A stretch of DNA of 64,000 nt, taken from positions 1,152,001 to 1,216,000 of the forward strand of contig CAWFQK010000004.1 in NCBI GenBank assembly GCA_963817955.1, written 5' to 3'. Made by a program: the position numbers and the translations under genes. Source of the DNA: an uncultured Gemmatimonadaceae bacterium. GTDB taxonomy: Bacteria > Gemmatimonadota > Gemmatimonadetes > Gemmatimonadales > Gemmatimonadaceae. The notes below the pieces were generated by a model. It was not told the origin of the DNA and did not search any database. It saw nothing but the letters and a program-made list of their open reading frames with translations. Every line of letters begins with the position of its first letter. Position 1 is the stretch's first letter. Shown here piece after piece: positions 60,301-64,000 of the stretch.

Positions 60301-60402
60301 GGAGCGCCAGCGCATGGTCGCGAGCGTAGCGGCGTCCGGCGTTTGAGCCGCGAGCTGGGTCGCGGCGGCCGAGAGGAGGAGGAGCGAGGTTATCGGTCGC
60401 AT
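57379..60402 (-). CDS. Second secreted VPS10/BNR-repeat beta-propeller protein
   Basis: WRSIGPVNMAGRI, BNR repeats, GGLQDNG and ATHGR; RGG-rich tail. Confidence 0.9.
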   Translation of the reverse strand: MRPITSLLLLSAAATQLAAQTPDAATLATMRWRSIGPVNMAGRITDVEGDPKNPKVFYVTGATGGIWKTINAGTTFIPLWEKGPIASMGDIAIAPSNPKIIYAGTGEGNSRNSVAPGWGMYKSIDGGITWQSLGLEKTQHIGRIIVHPTNPDIAYVAAVGATWSSNAERGLYKTVDGGKTWQLSKFVSDKAGFIDVAMDPRDPNTLYAASWERSRGPYFLKSGGPGSALWKTTDGGKSWREIKGGGFPETEKGRMNIQIAHSDPNIVYVMVEADSARGAKPQRLLSGLYRSNDAGRTWKWMSTVDNRPFYFSQVRVDPKNPNRIYRMAVDFQFSDDGGYSWRTGMVGNHEDYHAMWIDPNDPEHYIIGGDAGIFQTWDRGGTYDSMNNMAMGQFYVVSYDYQVPYRVCGGLQDNGSSCGWSRRRNGQLQMTDWFAVNAADGLYTAQDPIDPNLVYYESQGGNITRRNVVSGEVLNIRPRTVNIATYGGQIAAIKAQAAGGQLTAEQSKQIADIRVRMNRDMSDPNVALRWNWNTPFFLSEHDANVFYSGAEKVFKSVKKGRDPIAISPDLTAHDPTWLRVSSGFDAEGNAASDASGGITRDATGAEENATIVVMTESPMRAGMLYVGTDDGKVWLTRNDGGRWEDLSDRFAGVPSMTQVSGVEPSHFDLGTVYVALDNHRRNDFKPYLFVSNDFGKTFHSIASNLPTDRPGSVYVIREDPVNANLLYAGTETGVFASLNKGQSWFPLESNLPTVPVFDLKIHPRDHELIAATHGRAVQILDVAPLQQMTAAALSAPAHLFAPTVAFASGQMLAGSETRAQRPWKGDGGSSGADIEYRLAAPAASAPHVMIVNAAGDTIARLTGTNVSGVNRVSWNLVATGNQTFAGGGRGGAGGFGGGRGAAEGPVNVAGFPAGFNPRPAESIAAADTTGSPTAPEREEAAGRGGAGGRGAGGGGGGGGFGRGANQSVETGEYRVVLDVNGQKQTQVLRVVRVAPGDVSVLAPMKDR

Positions 60403-60569
60403 GGAGGATTGAATGTCAGGGGTGCACATACTATTCAACGCGCGATGGACGCTCGGCGCTGTAATACACGCGCATCCTTCTCACGCGAGGTAATTGGCGT
60501 CAGATTCGTTCGCCGCGCAAATCACTCGGCGATCGGTACGCGGAGCAGTGAGCTGTATTAGCTTTACAT

Positions 60570-61982
60570 GTGTCTTTCTCATCTCTCAAGCTCCACCGCG
60601 ATCTGCTACGCGGAATCAAGGAGCTCGGCTTCACCCGCCCCACGCCCATTCAGGACGACGCGATTCCCGCGGCGATCGACGGGCGAGACGTTCTCGCGTG
60701 CGCAGCGACCGGAAGCGGCAAGACCGCTGCGTTCCTGCTGCCCATTGTCCATCAACTGATCGACAAGCGGCGCGGCACCACGCGCGCCCTCGTCGTTACG
60801 CCTACCCGCGAACTCGCCGCACAGATCGTCCAGGAGTTCGAGCAGCTCACGGTGCATACGCCTGTCACGGCGGCCGCGGTATTCGGCGGCGTCGGCATGG
60901 GACCCCAGGAGCATGCCTTCCGTACCGGCGTCGATGTCCTCGTCGCCACACCCGGACGCTTGCTCGACCATCTCAAGCATTCCTACGCCAAGCTCGACGG
61001 TATCGAGCATCTCGTGCTCGATGAAGCCGACCGGATGCTCGACATGGGATTCCTGCCGGATATCAAGCGCCTGCTGAAATATCTACCGGCCAAACGCCAG
61101 ACGCTCTTTTTCAGCGCCACGATGCCGGCGCCGATCCTCGCGCTCACGCGCGACCTGCTCCATAACCCGGCGACGATCAATCTTCAACGCAAGCAGGCGC
61201 CCGCCGCGGGCATCACGCAGGCGATCTACCCAGTGGCGCAGGAGCTCAAGACCTCGCTCCTCCTCGCATTGCTCGAGCGCAATATCATGCAGGAAGCGCT
61301 CGTGTTCACACGCACCAAGCACCGCGCCAACCGCCTGTGGGAGTACCTCAACAAGCGCGGGATCAACGTAGCACGTATCCACGGGAACCGCTCGCAGGCA
61401 CAGCGCACCGAAGCGCTCGATGGGTTCAAGGGCGGACGTTACCGCGTCCTCGTTGCCACCGACATTGCCGCGCGCGGCATTGACGTCGAAGCACTCGGCC
61501 ACGTCGTCAACTTTGACGTGCCTGGGGCGCCGGAAGACTACATCCACCGCGTGGGCCGCACGGCGCGCGCCGAGCTGACTGGCGAGGCGTTCACCTTCGT
61601 GTCACCCGAGGAAATGGACGACCTGCGCTCCATTGAGCGCGCGATTGCCAAGGCGCTGCCGCGTGTGACGCTCCCCGATTTCGACTACTCAGCCAAACCT
61701 GCCGCCAAGCTCGAGGTGCCGATTGCCGAGCGCATCGCGGCCATTCGTGCTCGCAAGGCAGACGAGCGCGCACGCGCCAAAGCGAAAGCGGCGCGTGGAC
61801 CGGCCCCGGCCCGGCCTAGATCGGGAGCCGCCGCAGCCAAGAGTGAGTCGGGTCCTAGCGACGGTGCGCGCAGTAGGTCACGACGTCGCCGCGGTAGCAG
61901 CAGCAGCGGTGGCGGAAATACCGGTGCTGGAGGGGGGCATCGCTCCGGCGGCCGCGATTCACGCGGACCCTACGCGGACTAG
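60570..61982 (+). CDS. rhlE: DEAD-box RNA helicase, RhlE-like
   Basis: Q motif PTPIQ, TGSGKT, PTRELA, TPGRL, DEAD, SAT, ARGID and HRVGRTAR; basic tail. Confidence 0.93.
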   Translation: MSFSSLKLHRDLLRGIKELGFTRPTPIQDDAIPAAIDGRDVLACAATGSGKTAAFLLPIVHQLIDKRRGTTRALVVTPTRELAAQIVQEFEQLTVHTPVTAAAVFGGVGMGPQEHAFRTGVDVLVATPGRLLDHLKHSYAKLDGIEHLVLDEADRMLDMGFLPDIKRLLKYLPAKRQTLFFSATMPAPILALTRDLLHNPATINLQRKQAPAAGITQAIYPVAQELKTSLLLALLERNIMQEALVFTRTKHRANRLWEYLNKRGINVARIHGNRSQAQRTEALDGFKGGRYRVLVATDIAARGIDVEALGHVVNFDVPGAPEDYIHRVGRTARAELTGEAFTFVSPEEMDDLRSIERAIAKALPRVTLPDFDYSAKPAAKLEVPIAERIAAIRARKADERARAKAKAARGPAPARPRSGAAAAKSESGPSDGARSRSRRRRGSSSSGGGNTGAGGGHRSGGRDSRGPYAD

Positions 61983-62284
61983 GGGACGTCGGTCTCGCTG
62001 CGCCGCCGGATCACCGGCGGCACAGCAGACCGCACCTCGAGCGACGGATCGAGCGACGGATCGAGCTCGGCGCCCGCGCGGTCGAGACTTTCACCGCGCG
62101 GGAGGGAACGCCCTCCGCCGCGCAACCAGCGAGACGCAGCCACACCTACGCCCAGCACGCCACCAGCGACGGCGAGCGTAGCGAGCAATGCGAATCCGAC
62201 CATGAGGAGCGCAGCCCCGAGGCCGAGGGCCACGACGCCGAGCCCGGTGGCAGCGGCGCGATTGCGGACGGTGAAGGTGGGCAT
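61979..62284 (-). CDS. Small membrane protein
   Basis: Long hydrophobic stretch; 4-bp overlap with the rhlE stop. Confidence 0.6.
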   Translation of the reverse strand: MPTFTVRNRAAATGLGVVALGLGAALLMVGFALLATLAVAGGVLGVGVAASRWLRGGGRSLPRGESLDRAGAELDPSLDPSLEVRSAVPPVIRRRSETDVP

Positions 62285-62342
62285 GAAGTCAAAAGAAATA
62301 GGAATGGACGCGAGTCGCTAGCCCGAATTTCTCACATCGCTA

Positions 62343-62372
62343 TTGCTAAACGGCTGCCTGCGGTGGTATAAG
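62343..62372 (+). promoter_or_regulatory. Transposase promoter (sigma70-like)
   Basis: TTGCTA-N18-TATAAG with TG at the extended -10 position. Confidence 0.6.
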
Positions 62373-62417
62373 GGCTTTATCTAGAAGACCTTAACATCCA
62401 CTGCGAGGCAGCCGTTT

Positions 62418-63821
62418 ATGCAGACAGAGTGTACGGCGGACACCCTGCAATTTCAAGCGGTCGGCGGGCGGGCGGTACGTGCCCGGTTTGACGGCGGTGC
62501 GCTGACCTCCGATGGGGGGGCGGTGCTCCTGCGCGAGGTGGATCGGGCAACGGGGATCCTTGGACGTTTCGCGGACTGCTTCACCGACCACCGCGATCCG
62601 GCGCGCGTGACGCACTCGGTGGTGGCGCTCGTGCGGCAGCGGGTGTATGGGCTCGCGCTCGGCTACGAGGATCTGAACGACCACGACGCGTTACGGCGCG
62701 ATCCGCTCCTGGCCGTGCTCGCGGAGGCTGACGATCTCACCGCGCCGCTGGCGGGGAAGAGCACGCTCAACCGCCTCGAACTGAGCGCGGCCACGGTGGG
62801 CGGACAGGAACGCTACAAGAAGATCACCGTGGATCATGCGGCGATCGACCGGCACCTGGTCACGCTGTTCCTCGAGGCCCACGCCACGCCGCCCGAGGCG
62901 ATCGTGCTCGATCTCGACGCCACGGACGATCCGGTGCACGGCGAGCAGGAGGGACGTTTCTTTCACGGCTATTACGGCCACTACTGCTACCTGCCGCTCT
63001 ACATCTTCGCTGGCGAGCATCTGCTGTGCGCGCGCTTGCGGTCGGCCAGCATCGACGCGAGTGCGGGGAGTGTGGACGAACTCACGCGGATCGTCGCCCA
63101 GGTCCGGGAGGTGTGGCCGGACGTGCGGATCACGGTGCGGGCCGACAGTGGCTTCTGCCGCGAGACGATCATGGCGTGGTGCGAGCAGCAGGCAGTGGAC
63201 TACGTGCTGGGGCTGGCGAAGAACACGCGCCTCACGGCGCGGATCGCCGACGAGCTGCGCGCGGTCGAGACCGAGAGCGTCGCCACCGGCACGCCGGCGC
63301 GGTGCTTCGCGGAACTGACCTACGAGACCCTCGACAGCTGGAGCCGCGTGCGGCGGGTGGTGGCCAAGGCGGAGTATCTGCCCACGGCAGGCGCCAGTGG
63401 CGAGGGTAAAGCGAACCCGCGCTTCGTCGTGACCTCGCTCCCGATCGCGGCGCTCGACGCCCAGGCGCTCTACGAGGAGCTCTACTGCGCGCGCGGCGAG
63501 ATGGAGAACCGGATCAAGGAGCAGCAGCTCATGCTCTTCGCCGATCGCACGAGTGCGGCCACGATGCGGGCGAACCAGCTCCGGCTCTATTACTCGTCGC
63601 TCGCGTACGTCTTACTGCACGCGCTCCGGCGGCTCGGCCTCGTCGGCACCGATCTCGCGCGGGCGCAGTGCCAGACGATTCGGCTCACGCTTTTGAAGAT
63701 CGGGGCGCGCCTGCGGGTGACGGTGCGCAACGTCTGGCTCGCGCTGGCCACGGGGTGCCCGCACGCGGCGCTCTTTGCGCGTGTACATGCCACCCTGGTC
63801 GCGCTGCCGATGCGCCGCTAA
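62418..63821 (+). CDS. IS1380 family transposase (DDE_Tnp_1_4)
   Basis: FDGG.LTSDGG, GYEDLNDH, LDLDATDDPVHG.QEG, RADSGF and YCARGEMENRIKE. Confidence 0.97.
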   Translation: MQTECTADTLQFQAVGGRAVRARFDGGALTSDGGAVLLREVDRATGILGRFADCFTDHRDPARVTHSVVALVRQRVYGLALGYEDLNDHDALRRDPLLAVLAEADDLTAPLAGKSTLNRLELSAATVGGQERYKKITVDHAAIDRHLVTLFLEAHATPPEAIVLDLDATDDPVHGEQEGRFFHGYYGHYCYLPLYIFAGEHLLCARLRSASIDASAGSVDELTRIVAQVREVWPDVRITVRADSGFCRETIMAWCEQQAVDYVLGLAKNTRLTARIADELRAVETESVATGTPARCFAELTYETLDSWSRVRRVVAKAEYLPTAGASGEGKANPRFVVTSLPIAALDAQALYEELYCARGEMENRIKEQQLMLFADRTSAATMRANQLRLYYSSLAYVLLHALRRLGLVGTDLARAQCQTIRLTLLKIGARLRVTVRNVWLALATGCPHAALFARVHATLVALPMRR

Positions 63822-64000
63822 CGCATAGGCGCCTCACCGCCCTCGCCGGATCCCTCCCGTCGCACACCGCCGCGGGGGACACTCGTCGTCGCCCGGAGCG
63901 CCGCGCACGCGAGCGATCGCCCCGTCTACGCGAAAAACTGACCCCCTGGAGTTCGCGCCGCGCTCATATTCCACGCGAACACGGCGCGCATCCCGCACCG

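Larger units (their letters stand above)
62322..64000 (+). mobile_element. IS1380-family insertion sequence (right end outside the window)
   Basis: Left-end-like CCCGAATTTCTCACAT preceded by CTAG, followed by the transposase; no matching right IR seen before 64000. Confidence 0.75.

Overview
This is a high-GC, gene-dense bacterial window. Its secreted peptidases, VPS10/BNR proteins with GGRGG inserts and DUF5916 protein suggest Gemmatimonadota or a similar lineage (inference). It contains a tetraheme cytochrome c-NrfC-NrfD-SPFH-cytochrome c respiratory module next to an NrfJ-like lipoprotein, a PabB-PabC fusion, and a stress/dormancy-type cluster (hydrolase, Prs, HhH protein, USP, CBS proteins, M50-CBS, PRTase). 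It also has a frameshifted ACP-FAAL-PlsC gene, a frameshifted MCP, many secreted hydrolases, RhlE and the left part of an IS1380 element. The best hidden signals are: (1) a Met-rich leader peptide with terminator and antiterminator upstream of a stand-alone homoserine dehydrogenase, a candidate methionine-sensing ribosomal attenuator; (2) an OsmC-family gene whose apparent TGA stop looks like a selenocysteine codon followed by a SECIS-like hairpin; (3) a ~1.3 kb degenerate 21-bp-periodic array; (4) a family of heptamer microsatellites and composite palindromic repeats, mostly between convergent genes. All calls come from reading the sequence by eye; no searches were run.
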